DNA from: an uncultured Gammaproteobacteria bacterium
GTDB lineage: Bacteria; Patescibacteriota; Patescibacteriia; Patescibacteriales; UBA12465
Assembly: GCA_964616855.1 (NCBI GenBank)
Contig: CAZTUJ010000006.1
Span: 1 to 52,626, forward strand
Length of the DNA: 52,626 nt
Direction: 5' to 3'
Shown: one piece after another, positions 7,985 through 18,427 of the stretch
How the letters are laid out: every line of letters begins with the position of its first letter
Numbering within the stretch: the stretch's first letter is position 1
The notes under the pieces: generated by a model
Database searches by the model: none
What the model was told of the DNA's origin: nothing
Seen by the model: only the letters and a program-made list of their open reading frames with translations
Program-made: the position numbers and the translations under genes

Positions 7985-8923
7985 ATGAAAACACTATCAG
8001 GAAAACCACTCTCGCCCATTGGTATCGGTAGCTATGGTATCGGCGGCCGCGGCCACCGAGACATGGAAATTACCGAGAAGCTGGAAGATGAAAAATATAT
8101 CAACGCTTTAGTTTATATTTTAAATAAAGGCCTTAATTTTACCGAGATTGCCGTCGGCTATGGGCAAGGTCAAGCCCTTGCTCTCTTTAAGAAAGCTTTG
8201 GATATAAGTACTGTGGCCCGAGAGGATGTATTTATAACCCATTCGCTCTACCCCCGGGACTTAATGACAATAAAAGAAGCGGAGACAGATGCAGCCAGTT
8301 TTTATAAGACTATGGCCACCGATTATGCCGACTCAACTCTTGTTACTCAATCTTTCATTAATAAATTTGGAGTAGAGGCGAGCTACTCTTTTCTACACAA
8401 TCTTCTGGAATCAGGAAAAACCAGATTTGTTAGTCTTTCCAACGCCAATTTAGAAGGTATTAAGAGTTTTAAACAAGAATTTGCGGATAAATTCTACGCC
8501 CACGAAGGACATTTGAGTTTTGAAATTAGAGCCCTGCAAAACGAGGGGATTTTTAAGGCTTGTGATGAATTGGGTGTTAAAAATATTATTTGGCGTCCGC
8601 TTCGCCGCAACCAGACTCTCTTACATAATTGGGAACTTTTAGTGAAACTGGCAGAAAAATACCAAAAAACACAGAATCAAATTATATTGAACTGGATATG
8701 TAATTTAGGTTACAGCCCGATGGTGATGTCTGCTGATAAAAAACACATAGATGAAAATACTGAGGCTACTAATTTCTCCCTGTCGCCCGAGGATTATCAA
8801 CTAATTAATAACTTTAGACCGCCAACCCTAAACTATAATCCTCCCAAAATTAACTGGAACACCCCTAACGAAGGCGACTCTATTGTGACTTTAGTTAATG
8901 ACTTTGAGAAACATTATAAATAA
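7985..8923 (+). CDS. Aldo/keto reductase-fold protein (divergent)
   Basis: SPIGIGSYG, REDVFIT, GKTRFVSLSN, HIDEN...FSLSPED. Confidence 0.75.
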   Translation: MKTLSGKPLSPIGIGSYGIGGRGHRDMEITEKLEDEKYINALVYILNKGLNFTEIAVGYGQGQALALFKKALDISTVAREDVFITHSLYPRDLMTIKEAETDAASFYKTMATDYADSTLVTQSFINKFGVEASYSFLHNLLESGKTRFVSLSNANLEGIKSFKQEFADKFYAHEGHLSFEIRALQNEGIFKACDELGVKNIIWRPLRRNQTLLHNWELLVKLAEKYQKTQNQIILNWICNLGYSPMVMSADKKHIDENTEATNFSLSPEDYQLINNFRPPTLNYNPPKINWNTPNEGDSIVTLVNDFEKHYK

Positions 8924-8939
8924 AATTAAATTATCAAGT

Positions 8940-9173
8940 ATGATTAATCCAGAAAATTTAGCGAAAAGCAAAAAATTAAAAAGAAAAGCAATTATACTAA
9001 TTCTAGGTTTAATTGTATTATTTTTTACCCTCACCTATTTTATAGGCAAATACGCCTCCGAAGAATTGAAAAATATGATTGAAGAGCCGCTAGCTTTAGT
9101 GGGGGCGATCATTATTGTCACTATCACCTTAAAGTTAAATAAAAAAATAGAGAAATTAAAAAATAACCTCTAA
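8940..9173 (+). CDS. Small two-TM membrane protein
   Basis: Two hydrophobic segments; ATG 8940 avoids overlap with the upstream gene. Confidence 0.55.
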   Translation: MINPENLAKSKKLKRKAIILILGLIVLFFTLTYFIGKYASEELKNMIEEPLALVGAIIIVTITLKLNKKIEKLKNNL

Positions 9174-9202
9174 ATTCTATAACCACTAGCTTGAATAAAT
9201 AT

Positions 9203-9228
9203 AAAACCTCGCCTCTGCGAGGTTTTTT
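9203..9228 (+). terminator. Intrinsic terminator
   Basis: AAAACCTCGC-CTCT-GCGAGGTTTTTT. Confidence 0.75.
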
Positions 9229-9309
9229 GATAAATCCCTACCCCCAAAGCCATAACCTAGAATTGTTTAAATTATGATATAATATAAAATACCAATATAA
9301 TCTAAATTT

Positions 9310-9645
9310 ATGCCAGAAATTACCCTAAAAGAAGCTCAGGAACAGGTGGACCAATGGATTAAAACCGTTGGCGTCCGCTACTTTTCCGAGCTAACTAATC
9401 TCGGACAACTCACGGAAGAGGTGGGTGAGGTCGCCCGTATCATCACCCGGACCTATGGTGAGCAAAGTTTTAAAGAATCTGATAAGAACCATAACCTAGG
9501 TGATGAATTAGCTGATGTGCTCTTTGTTTTAATCTGCTTAGCCAACCAAACCGGGGTAGATCTAACCGAAGCCCTGCAGAAAAACCTAGATAAAAAGACC
9601 AAACGAGATATTAATAGGCATAAAAATAATGAAAAGCTAGCATAA
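9310..9645 (+). CDS. MazG-like nucleotide pyrophosphohydrolase (YpjD type)
   Basis: LTEEVGEVAR...ELADVLFVLICLANQ. Confidence 0.9.
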   Translation: MPEITLKEAQEQVDQWIKTVGVRYFSELTNLGQLTEEVGEVARIITRTYGEQSFKESDKNHNLGDELADVLFVLICLANQTGVDLTEALQKNLDKKTKRDINRHKNNEKLA

Positions 9646-9667
9646 AAACTTATATAATGCCCAAACC

Positions 9668-11506
9668 ATGAAAATATCTAGAAAAACCAAAAGAAATATT
9701 TCTATCTACAGCCCCCTCCTTATTCTGTTGGTCCTTTCTGGTATCTGGCTGTGGTATCAAGCCCAAAAAGAAGAAAGAGCCTATTTCTGTGATGATAAAA
9801 CCATAATTTGTGACTTAAGCGAGGCTCCCTATCATAACCCCACTCTAGCGGTAGAAGAAAGGGTGGAAAATTTGCTGAGCTACATGACTTTAGATGAAAA
9901 AATTGGTCAGCTGGCCTTAGTGGAAAGAAGTAAATTGACTGATAAAAATGATATTATTACCTACGGCTTAGGAGGATTACTCAGCGGGGGCGGCTCTCAC
10001 CCCGAAAACAACACCGCTCTGGGCTGGCAAGAAATGACGGCTGATTATCAAGCCTATACGGAAAAGACCCGTCTGCAGATACCTCTCCTCTACGGCGCTG
10101 ATGCTGTTCATGGTAACGCTAATGTCCCCGGGGCTACGGTCTTTCCCCACCAAATTGGACTAGGAGCAGCTAATGACCCTGACCTGGTAAGAAGAGTGAA
10201 TGAAGCCACCGCTAAAGAACTGGCGGCCATAGGCATCTATTGGGACTATGCTCCATCTTTAGATGTCGTGAAAGATGCTCGTTGGGGCCGCACTTATGAA
10301 AGCTTCGGTTCAAGCGGAAAACGGGTGGAAGAATTAACTGCCGCTGCCGTTATTGGCCTCCAGGGAGAAAATCCCAGCACCCCGCTAGTCATGGCCACCG
10401 CTAAACACTATCTCGGTGCTGGAGCAATGGCCTGGGGAAGCTCGGTTAATGAAAGTTATAAAATGGACCAAGGTGAAGTCAAATTAAGTGAGAAGGAACT
10501 AAGAGCCGAACATCTACCCCCTTTTAAAAAAGCCGTAGAAGCCGGAGTCTGGACTGTGATGGCCGGCCTTAACAACTGGCAGGGACTAAAACTATCAGCC
10601 AATAAATATCTTCTCACCGATGTTTTAAAGGGTGAGATTGGTTTTCAAGGCTTTGTTGTCAGCGACTGGTATGGGGTCTATGAAATCCCGGGAAACAATT
10701 ACCAAAATACCATTACCGCTCTTAATGCCGGGGTGGACATGATTATGTTACCCTTTGACTATGCAAAATTTACCGCTGACTTACGCCAATCCGCTGAAAA
10801 TGGCCGCGTGCCCGCCAGTCGTCTTGATGATGCAGTCCGCCGGATTTTAAGAGCTAAGTTTTCTCTAGGTTTATTTGACCGCTACGCTCCTACCGTTGAA
10901 GACTTAACAATTATCGGCTCTCCGGAACATCGGGCTTTAGCGCGGGAAGCAGTCCGCAAATCTTTAGTTTTGTTAAAAGACAAAAATCAAAGCCTGCCTC
11001 TAGATAAAAATCTGAAGACAATAATTGTGGCTGGATCAGCCGCTGATAATATCGGACGTCAATGCGGCGGTTGGACCGTGGAATGGCAAGGAATTGATGG
11101 CAATTGGTTGCCAGGCGCCACTTCTATTTTAAAAGGTATTAAAGAAACAGTCTCCACGGACACCAAACTTATCTTTGAAGAAACAGGGAATTTTAATCTT
11201 CCCGCTAAAGCTAACGTAGGAATCGCCGTGGTTGGTGAAAAGCCTTATTCTGAAGGAGTGGGCGACGAAGCAAAGCCACAATTATCCGCAGAAGATTTAG
11301 CCACCATTGAAAAAGTAAGAAAATCTAGCCAGCACTTAGTAGTAATTATCGTCTCTGGCCGGCCTTTGAATATTAAGTTGCCCGCCCGCAACTGGGATAC
11401 AATTATAGCCGCTTGGCTACCTGGTTCCGAGGGCCAGGGCATAGCTGACGTTTTATTTGGCGATTATCCCTTTAGCGGCACCCTGCCGATAGCTTGGGAA
11501 TTATGA
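9668..11506 (+). CDS. Glycoside hydrolase family 3 (beta-glucosidase), N-terminal anchor
   Basis: MTLDEKIGQ, DAVHG, RWGRTYES, KHY, VVSDW nucleophile, AWLPGSEG. Confidence 0.93.
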   Translation: MKISRKTKRNISIYSPLLILLVLSGIWLWYQAQKEERAYFCDDKTIICDLSEAPYHNPTLAVEERVENLLSYMTLDEKIGQLALVERSKLTDKNDIITYGLGGLLSGGGSHPENNTALGWQEMTADYQAYTEKTRLQIPLLYGADAVHGNANVPGATVFPHQIGLGAANDPDLVRRVNEATAKELAAIGIYWDYAPSLDVVKDARWGRTYESFGSSGKRVEELTAAAVIGLQGENPSTPLVMATAKHYLGAGAMAWGSSVNESYKMDQGEVKLSEKELRAEHLPPFKKAVEAGVWTVMAGLNNWQGLKLSANKYLLTDVLKGEIGFQGFVVSDWYGVYEIPGNNYQNTITALNAGVDMIMLPFDYAKFTADLRQSAENGRVPASRLDDAVRRILRAKFSLGLFDRYAPTVEDLTIIGSPEHRALAREAVRKSLVLLKDKNQSLPLDKNLKTIIVAGSAADNIGRQCGGWTVEWQGIDGNWLPGATSILKGIKETVSTDTKLIFEETGNFNLPAKANVGIAVVGEKPYSEGVGDEAKPQLSAEDLATIEKVRKSSQHLVVIIVSGRPLNIKLPARNWDTIIAAWLPGSEGQGIADVLFGDYPFSGTLPIAWEL

Positions 11507-11528
11507 AGGTAAACAATAATTTCTAAAT

Positions 11529-12755
11529 ATGATTAATTTCAAAGCAAAAGATATTTATCGTTTTGCTCCCCTGATTTTTCTTCTCTCGCTCTTACTTTCC
11601 CTACTTTTTGCCAATAATATTTGGGGGGGTTTTTATGTGGAAAATCAACAATTTTCGGAATTAGCTAATTCGTTTTTACACGCTAAGCTATACTTTTTAG
11701 AGGGGTCGCCCTGTAATAATTATCGGACTGATAACGCTATATTTAATAATCATTATTTTTGGCCGCTCGGCCCTCTACCCGCCCTCATTTTAATGCCCTT
11801 TGTCGGATTATTTCAATTTTTTGAATTATATTTTCGCCAAGGATACTTAAACTTTTTTCTAGTTTTATCAATTTTTTATCTAATCTCTAAAATAGCTCGC
11901 CAGCTTAAATTTTCAGCGATTGATTCCGTATATTTAGCAATTGCTTTTGTTTTTGGCTCAATGTTCGCCGGAGTGATAATAAATAGCGCGAGCTCTTATT
12001 TTGCCCATACTATTACCGTCCTCCTCCTATTCCTCGCTTTACAGGAATATTTTGGCCGTAAACGCTATCTATTAATCGGCTTGATCTTCGGCCTAATTTT
12101 ATTAACTCGCGTCACCGCTTTTCTAGCAATAGTCTTTTTTGTTTTAGATTTTTTAATGGAAAAAGATATTAAATGGAAAACAAAGGTTAAAAATATCATT
12201 AAAATTTCTCTAATTCCGACTTTCTGTTTAATTTTATTATTTGCTTACAACTATGCTCGCTTTAGCGACCCCCTTGATCAAGGGTATAATTCACAAGTTT
12301 TACCCAAGGTCTTAATGGAGGATAGGGATAACTATGGCTTATTTAACTTAAAATACTTACCGAGAAATGCTTACTATTCTCTAATAAATTTGCCTAAACC
12401 TGTTTATAATACCGACAGCCGCTTATTAAATTACCCTTATGTAAAAGCGGAGCGCTGGGGTCTGAGTATTTTCATGACTTCTCCCTATTTGCTTTATTTA
12501 TTCTTTGCAAAAATAAAAAACAAAAAAACCCAGCTACTTTTAGCTACCTCCACTTTTGTCTGGCTGGTAATCGCTAGTTCCTTCTTTATCGGCTATGTCC
12601 AATTTGGTTTTCGCTATGCTTTAGATTTTATGCCCCTGCTTTTCACCGCTTTTATGATTACCTATCAAGAAAATAGAGAAAAAATGAGCATCGGTCTAAA
12701 GACTGTAATAATGCTTTCGACGATTATTAATATTTACCTTTTACTTAATCTTTAA
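11529..12755 (+). CDS. Polytopic membrane protein, GT-C glycosyltransferase-like
   Basis: About 10 TM; periplasmic loop with YFWPLGPLPA; LTR, YNYARF and GFRYALD motifs. Confidence 0.6.
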   Translation: MINFKAKDIYRFAPLIFLLSLLLSLLFANNIWGGFYVENQQFSELANSFLHAKLYFLEGSPCNNYRTDNAIFNNHYFWPLGPLPALILMPFVGLFQFFELYFRQGYLNFFLVLSIFYLISKIARQLKFSAIDSVYLAIAFVFGSMFAGVIINSASSYFAHTITVLLLFLALQEYFGRKRYLLIGLIFGLILLTRVTAFLAIVFFVLDFLMEKDIKWKTKVKNIIKISLIPTFCLILLFAYNYARFSDPLDQGYNSQVLPKVLMEDRDNYGLFNLKYLPRNAYYSLINLPKPVYNTDSRLLNYPYVKAERWGLSIFMTSPYLLYLFFAKIKNKKTQLLLATSTFVWLVIASSFFIGYVQFGFRYALDFMPLLFTAFMITYQENREKMSIGLKTVIMLSTIINIYLLLNL

Positions 12756-12761
12756 TTTCCT

Positions 12762-14309
12762 ATGAAAAAGGTTGTTATTATTGGTGCTGGCCCGGCCGGT
12801 CTTTCCGCTGCCTATGAATTAATTAAAAAATCAGACATAAAACCTGTAATTATTGAGTGTGACGGCCAAGTGGGCGGGATATCAAAAACCGTAGAATATC
12901 AGGGTAATAAAATGGACATTGGTGGTCATCGCTTTTTTTCTAAATCAAAAACGGTAAATGATTTATGGCAAGCAATTTTACCGATTGCAGCCCCAGACAA
13001 TGATTTAGGACCGAATCCAGAAAAAACTGATGAAGTAATGTTAAAACGTAACCGGCTCTCCCGAATTTTTTTCTTAAGAAAATTTTTTAGCTATCCCGTA
13101 TCCCTGAGCAAAGAAACGGTGATTAATTTAGGAGCAATCAGAATAATTAAAATTTTCTTCAGCTATTTAAAAATAAAAATAAAGCCAATTAAAGAAGAAA
13201 AATCACTAGAAGATTTCTTTATTAACCGTTTTGGTAAAGAGTTGTATTTAACTTTTTTTAAAGACTACACGGAAAAACTCTGGGGAGTTACTTGTTCAAA
13301 AATCAAGCCAGAATGGGGAGCTCAGCGTATTAAAGGTCTATCTATTACTAAAGCGATAGGGCATATTTTAAAACAAAGCTTTATTTTTAAATTATTTTTT
13401 AAAGAAAGTCGGACAGAAACAAGTTTGATTGATAGCTTCCTATACCCTAAATTCGGGCCCGGACAAATGTATGAAAAGATGGCCAAGATTATCCAAGATG
13501 GTGGTGGCGAAATTTATTTAAACCAAAAAGTTATCAATTTAAAAAGCGAGGGAAAAAATATTATTGAAATCACCACCCAAGACCAGGTAAGCGGAGAAAA
13601 TCTGGTAAGACCGGCTGATTATGTTATTTCCAGCATGCCTGTTAAAGATTTAATTCAAAATTTAACGCCTCCCGCTCCTGCAGAAGTCCTAAGAGTCGCC
13701 CAAGGTTTGTGCTATCGTGATTTTATTACCGTCGGTTTATTGCTTAATAAGTTAAAAATTGAAAACCAGACCAAGGTAAAAACATTGAATAACCTGATAC
13801 CAGATAATTGGATTTATATCCAAGAAAGAGATGTTAAAATCGGTCGTCTCCAAATCTTTAACAATTGGAGCCCTTATTTGGTGAAGGATCCGCAAACGGT
13901 CTGGCTAGGACTCGAGTATTTTGGGGATTTCAGTGATGAATTATTTAGTAAAAATGACGCTGACTTTAAAAAATTTGCCATTGAAGAGTTGGTAAAAATT
14001 GATATTATAAAAGCAGAAGATGTACTGGATAGTTGTATTATTAGGACTCCTAAAGCCTATCCCGCCTATTTCGGTACTTATGATGAATTTAATAAAATCA
14101 GAAAATTTAGCGACACTTTTGCCAATCTATTTTTAATCGGTCGCAACGGCATGCATCGTTATAATAATATGGATCATTCCATTCTCGCTGGCTTAAGCGC
14201 CGCCAATAATATTCTCAATAACATTAGTGATAAGAGTAATTTATGGGAAATAAACACCGAAAGCGAATATCATGAAAAAAGTGCTCAATCTGCTGAAAAA
14301 ACATCATAA
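12762..14309 (+). CDS. FAD-dependent oxidoreductase (UDP-galactopyranose mutase/protoporphyrinogen oxidase-like)
   Basis: [38 protein letters not shown]. Confidence 0.85.
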   Translation: MKKVVIIGAGPAGLSAAYELIKKSDIKPVIIECDGQVGGISKTVEYQGNKMDIGGHRFFSKSKTVNDLWQAILPIAAPDNDLGPNPEKTDEVMLKRNRLSRIFFLRKFFSYPVSLSKETVINLGAIRIIKIFFSYLKIKIKPIKEEKSLEDFFINRFGKELYLTFFKDYTEKLWGVTCSKIKPEWGAQRIKGLSITKAIGHILKQSFIFKLFFKESRTETSLIDSFLYPKFGPGQMYEKMAKIIQDGGGEIYLNQKVINLKSEGKNIIEITTQDQVSGENLVRPADYVISSMPVKDLIQNLTPPAPAEVLRVAQGLCYRDFITVGLLLNKLKIENQTKVKTLNNLIPDNWIYIQERDVKIGRLQIFNNWSPYLVKDPQTVWLGLEYFGDFSDELFSKNDADFKKFAIEELVKIDIIKAEDVLDSCIIRTPKAYPAYFGTYDEFNKIRKFSDTFANLFLIGRNGMHRYNNMDHSILAGLSAANNILNNISDKSNLWEINTESEYHEKSAQSAEKTS

Positions 14310-14336
14310 GATTAACAAAAGTAAAATAATCTTTTT

Positions 14337-14966
14337 ATGATAAAAAATGCATTAGAATCTCCAAGCAGCAACCAAGAAGTTGTCGGCAAAGACGTCTGGC
14401 AAGAAAAATTAAGATTAGCCCAAGAAGAAAAAGCTGCTATCTTAGAACAAGCTCCCGACTTCTATGATGATAGCTTAAGGCAGATATATATCGACAGCGC
14501 CTTACAGTTTGGCGCTAACTCGGAAATATTTAAAAAATTGGGATATAACGGTTATAGCTATGAAGAATTATTGGACAACTACGAAAAATCCGAATCCTTC
14601 CGCCAAGAACAGTTGGGCCCGATTGAGCGAAAACTTCAAGAGATAAACAGTGAGTTAACAAAAATAAGGCGGCAAGAACAGCAGGAACAAGCAGAGAAAA
14701 AAGAGCAAGAACGAGAAATACAATTTCAGACCAGAAAAAAAGAGTTAAGTAGCCGCCTCTATGATAAGTTAGACGCTATTTACGCTCAAATCCCGCCCGA
14801 GGCCGCCGAAGCGGGCATGAAAATAGAAATGGCGATGGCAGAATATAAACCCGAGCTAAGTGGTAGCGCAAGAATGATTGAAGAATTTATTGAAAGAATA
14901 GAAGAGGCCATGATTCCTTATGACCTAGATAACATCGAAAGAGAAATGAAAGACTGGAAACTTTAA
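14337..14966 (+). CDS. Hypothetical charged coiled-coil protein
   Basis: 209-aa E/Q/K-rich ORF. Confidence 0.6.
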   Translation: MIKNALESPSSNQEVVGKDVWQEKLRLAQEEKAAILEQAPDFYDDSLRQIYIDSALQFGANSEIFKKLGYNGYSYEELLDNYEKSESFRQEQLGPIERKLQEINSELTKIRRQEQQEQAEKKEQEREIQFQTRKKELSSRLYDKLDAIYAQIPPEAAEAGMKIEMAMAEYKPELSGSARMIEEFIERIEEAMIPYDLDNIEREMKDWKL

Positions 14967-14991
14967 AATAAATAATAACACTATAAATAAT

Positions 14992-17900
14992 ATGATCAAA
15001 AAAGAAAAACTTTTACTTTTACTAATAATCATCGGAGCTACATTACTATATTCTCTTAACACCACTAAAACAGCGCTGGCCAAAGATTGTGGCGGAGCCA
15101 TTGACTGTGACTGCGGTGATACGGTAATTGAAAATTATACGCTGCCATATGGACTAGGCTGCAGTAAAAATGAGGCCGCCCTGATAGTTGGTGCTAATAA
15201 TATAATCATTGACGGGGCTGGCAATGGTATGAATGGAGCAACGGGTAGAAACAGCTCAGGAATACTTAACAATGGCTATGATAATATTGTAATTAGAAAT
15301 TTTTCTACTATAACCAATTTTGATTTTGGCATAAATTTTAGCGATACCGCGAGCAGCTCGATTATTAATACAGAACTTACCGCTAATAATGTCGGCGTAA
15401 CCATCTCTACTTCATCAATTGTCTTACTAGAAGGAAACACCATCAACTCCAATATTACAGACGGGATATACATTGCGAGTTCAACCTCTGTTACTTTGAA
15501 TAATAATGAAATTAACTTGAACAACACAGGAGTAAAATTATCAACCGCTAGTGCCAATACCATATCTAATAATACCATCAACTCCAATATTACAGACGGG
15601 ATATACATTGCGAGTTCAACCTCTGTTACTTTGAATAATAATGAAATTAACTTGAACAACACAGGAGTAAAATTATCAACCGCTAATGCTAATACCATAT
15701 CTAATAATACCATCAACTCGAATTTATTCTCTGGAGTAACACTCTTATCCTCGTCGCTTAACAACATTGAGAACAATACCCTTAACTCTAACAGTAACCG
15801 TGGTATTTATTTGACAAACTCTGATGAAAACGACCTTGATTATAATACCATGGATCAAGGTGTCTATGGTATTTATTTTGATAATTCAGATTCTAACGTT
15901 TTAAGCAATAATAATATTAGAGAGACGGTCAATACTGGAATCATGACAGCATACTCTAGTTTCAATACGATAGATAATAATATTCTAACATTGAATAATC
16001 AGTTTGGAATTAACATAATCACCGGATCGGAAAATGTTATTTCTAATAATACCATTAGGAGTAATGCTTCTGGAATTAGTATACTTAGCAGTTTAAATAA
16101 TGATCTAATTAAAAATGATATTAATTATAATGCGGAAATAGGCATTACTTTGAGCGATAGCGACGGTAATTCACTAACTGAAAATACGTTAGCATATAAT
16201 AATTTAGATATTGTAAATGACAGTGTAAATACATTTTCTAATAATCTTTTTTTACATAATGTTAATAGCAAAATGTTCTCATTTACAGATGCAAACAGAA
16301 TATTTAATATTGGTGATTATATTTCTCTAAACTCTTCCGTTTTCGGACTTGACGGCAGTCCCTGCCCAGAATGCTTAGTAAATATTTCTAGCAGTCCTGC
16401 TGAAAATATTAATATTAATAAATCAGACAATACTTTAAATAGTGCCTTTACCGCGTCTAGAGCAGGCACATATTCGCTGCTATTTAATATTAATGATACA
16501 AACGGCAATATCACCAAAAGAAAACTAAATTTTCTAATTGGCAGCGGAGAACAAATAGCCACAACAACCACCTCCACCTATATGAGAGGCGTCTCGCCTA
16601 CTAACGGCCAAAGACGAGGTGCTATCAGCGACGTAGGGTCGTTAAACTCGTTTATTCCAACAGAAACAGAGTCTTGGACTTGTGGAGCTTGGATTCAAAA
16701 CTATTTGGACGAAATTAACAATTTCCCTCTAGCCGTAATATCGCGAATAGAAATAAATAGTTGGTATAAATGGAACGGCCCCTATCTAGGCTCTGGCTAT
16801 GTAGCAGCCCAGAAAAATGGCACCTACGGAATGAATGTCGATGCTACCAGCACTGTACCAGAATCCGTAGATTTTTCATGGTTTAGTAGTAGCTTAAATA
16901 ATTTAGACTGGGCAATTGATTACCCTTCCAATTGGTACTTACTATCCTTAAAATTTATGGGGAATAATCCCTTTTGGCAAACCACCCCCTCTCAACCAAG
17001 TTACACTGATTTTATTTACAAACACACGACCACCCCGGCTATTCGCACAATTTCTAACTTGAGCGTTAATATTCTCTCTGCTACCTCACAGGCAAATAAT
17101 CCTGATAATGCTCAGATAGTTTTAGAAAATCCGTTATCGCTAGGGACTACGACAGAAATAACTTTAGATGAATTCAAGAGACCTTTTTTAGGGGCATCGA
17201 ACACGATTAATGCCGATGGTACCACTGTCATTCAAGCGGAATTAAATGGTAATACTAACTCTACCTTAAATGCAGTGCCTCTTGATATTACTATAGCTAC
17301 GGGCTCAATTATAGTTAATATAGATACCTGGAATACAAATGGCAATTATTATAAGAAATGGACTGAAAATGGATCAGCCCATGATATTAATTCAAATCAT
17401 GTCATTGGCGATCTTAGGCCTAATGCTTCATATTCCATAAAAGTAGACGGCAATATTTATAATACCTACACCGCCAATTCTGCTGGTAAGATAAACTTTA
17501 CTTATAGCGGAGGCTATTCTGTAAAAACTTTTGAAATTGAAGAAAAAATAACAAGCGGTGGTAGCGGTGGTGGCTCTATAATTAATAATTGCAACCAAGT
17601 TGAATATAGCGTCTGGGGTAATTGCGTTAATAGCCTTCAAACAAGAAGCGTTCTTTCTAAAATGCCATTAACTTGTAATTTAAGTACTCAGCAACAAATC
17701 GGTTTAACACGTTCCTGCTTACAAGAATCTCTACCAGAAGATAGTGTTAATGTAAATAATGAAGAGACGGAAGATATCCTCAGTCAAAAAAATATTTTTG
17801 ATGATATTGTAAAACAAGCTAAACAAAATTTTAGCGGAATTAATCGCCAGATAGTCAGCCGCATTAAAGGGCGCGTCTTACTGCAGGTGGAAAGCAGGGG

Positions 17901-18408
17901 TGAGGCTTGGTATGTTAACCCAAAAGATGAAAAGAAATATTATTTAGGCCTCCCTGAACAAGCTTTTAAAATTATGAGAAATCTTAGTGTGGGAATAAAC
18001 AACTCCGACTTATGGAAAATTCCTGTGGGTTTAATTAAAGACTCCTTAAATTTAGACACAGACAGCGATGGTGATGGCTTATCAGACAGGCTAGAGAAAG
18101 GATTAATGACCAATTTAAAAAAGACTGATAGTGATGATGATGGTTATTCTGATTATCAAGAAATAGAAACCAATAATAATCCTAACGGCAAAAATAAATT
18201 AACCATAGACAAAAAATTAATCAACAAACTAAAAGGCCAGATATTACTACAAGTTGAAAATAATGGCGAAGCTTGGTATTTAAACCCTTTAGATCAAAAA
18301 AGATATTATCTAGGTAGACCGGAAGAAGTTTTTCATATTATGAGCAAATTAGGCCTCGGCGCTTCTAACGATGATTTAAATAAAATACCAGTTGGAGAAA
18401 ATAAGTAA
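14992..18408 (+). CDS. Large surface protein: parallel beta-helix (NosD/CASH-like) repeats, TSP1-like motif, Ca-binding DxDxDG repeat, two GRxLLQVExxGEAWY modules
   Basis: Signal peptide; N-rich GI-x-L...NNTI repeats; WGNCVNSLQTR; DTDSDGDGLSD...DSDDDGYSD; duplicated C-terminal module. Confidence 0.8.
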   Translation: MIKKEKLLLLLIIIGATLLYSLNTTKTALAKDCGGAIDCDCGDTVIENYTLPYGLGCSKNEAALIVGANNIIIDGAGNGMNGATGRNSSGILNNGYDNIVIRNFSTITNFDFGINFSDTASSSIINTELTANNVGVTISTSSIVLLEGNTINSNITDGIYIASSTSVTLNNNEINLNNTGVKLSTASANTISNNTINSNITDGIYIASSTSVTLNNNEINLNNTGVKLSTANANTISNNTINSNLFSGVTLLSSSLNNIENNTLNSNSNRGIYLTNSDENDLDYNTMDQGVYGIYFDNSDSNVLSNNNIRETVNTGIMTAYSSFNTIDNNILTLNNQFGINIITGSENVISNNTIRSNASGISILSSLNNDLIKNDINYNAEIGITLSDSDGNSLTENTLAYNNLDIVNDSVNTFSNNLFLHNVNSKMFSFTDANRIFNIGDYISLNSSVFGLDGSPCPECLVNISSSPAENININKSDNTLNSAFTASRAGTYSLLFNINDTNGNITKRKLNFLIGSGEQIATTTTSTYMRGVSPTNGQRRGAISDVGSLNSFIPTETESWTCGAWIQNYLDEINNFPLAVISRIEINSWYKWNGPYLGSGYVAAQKNGTYGMNVDATSTVPESVDFSWFSSSLNNLDWAIDYPSNWYLLSLKFMGNNPFWQTTPSQPSYTDFIYKHTTTPAIRTISNLSVNILSATSQANNPDNAQIVLENPLSLGTTTEITLDEFKRPFLGASNTINADGTTVIQAELNGNTNSTLNAVPLDITIATGSIIVNIDTWNTNGNYYKKWTENGSAHDINSNHVIGDLRPNASYSIKVDGNIYNTYTANSAGKINFTYSGGYSVKTFEIEEKITSGGSGGGSIINNCNQVEYSVWGNCVNSLQTRSVLSKMPLTCNLSTQQQIGLTRSCLQESLPEDSVNVNNEETEDILSQKNIFDDIVKQAKQNFSGINRQIVSRIKGRVLLQVESRGEAWYVNPKDEKKYYLGLPEQAFKIMRNLSVGINNSDLWKIPVGLIKDSLNLDTDSDGDGLSDRLEKGLMTNLKKTDSDDDGYSDYQEIETNNNPNGKNKLTIDKKLINKLKGQILLQVENNGEAWYLNPLDQKRYYLGRPEEVFHIMSKLGLGASNDDLNKIPVGENK
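15439..15719 (+). repeat. 135-bp in-frame tandem duplication (2 copies plus 11 bp)
   Basis: Units start at 15439, 15574 and 15709; only 2 mismatches (GTGCC vs ATGCT). Confidence 0.95.
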
Positions 18409-18427
18409 GAAAAAAAATAATGCACAC

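Noticed and set aside
15276-15776. 166-aa antisense ORF with an internal repeat
   Set aside because: Shadow of the 135-bp duplication in the surface-protein gene.
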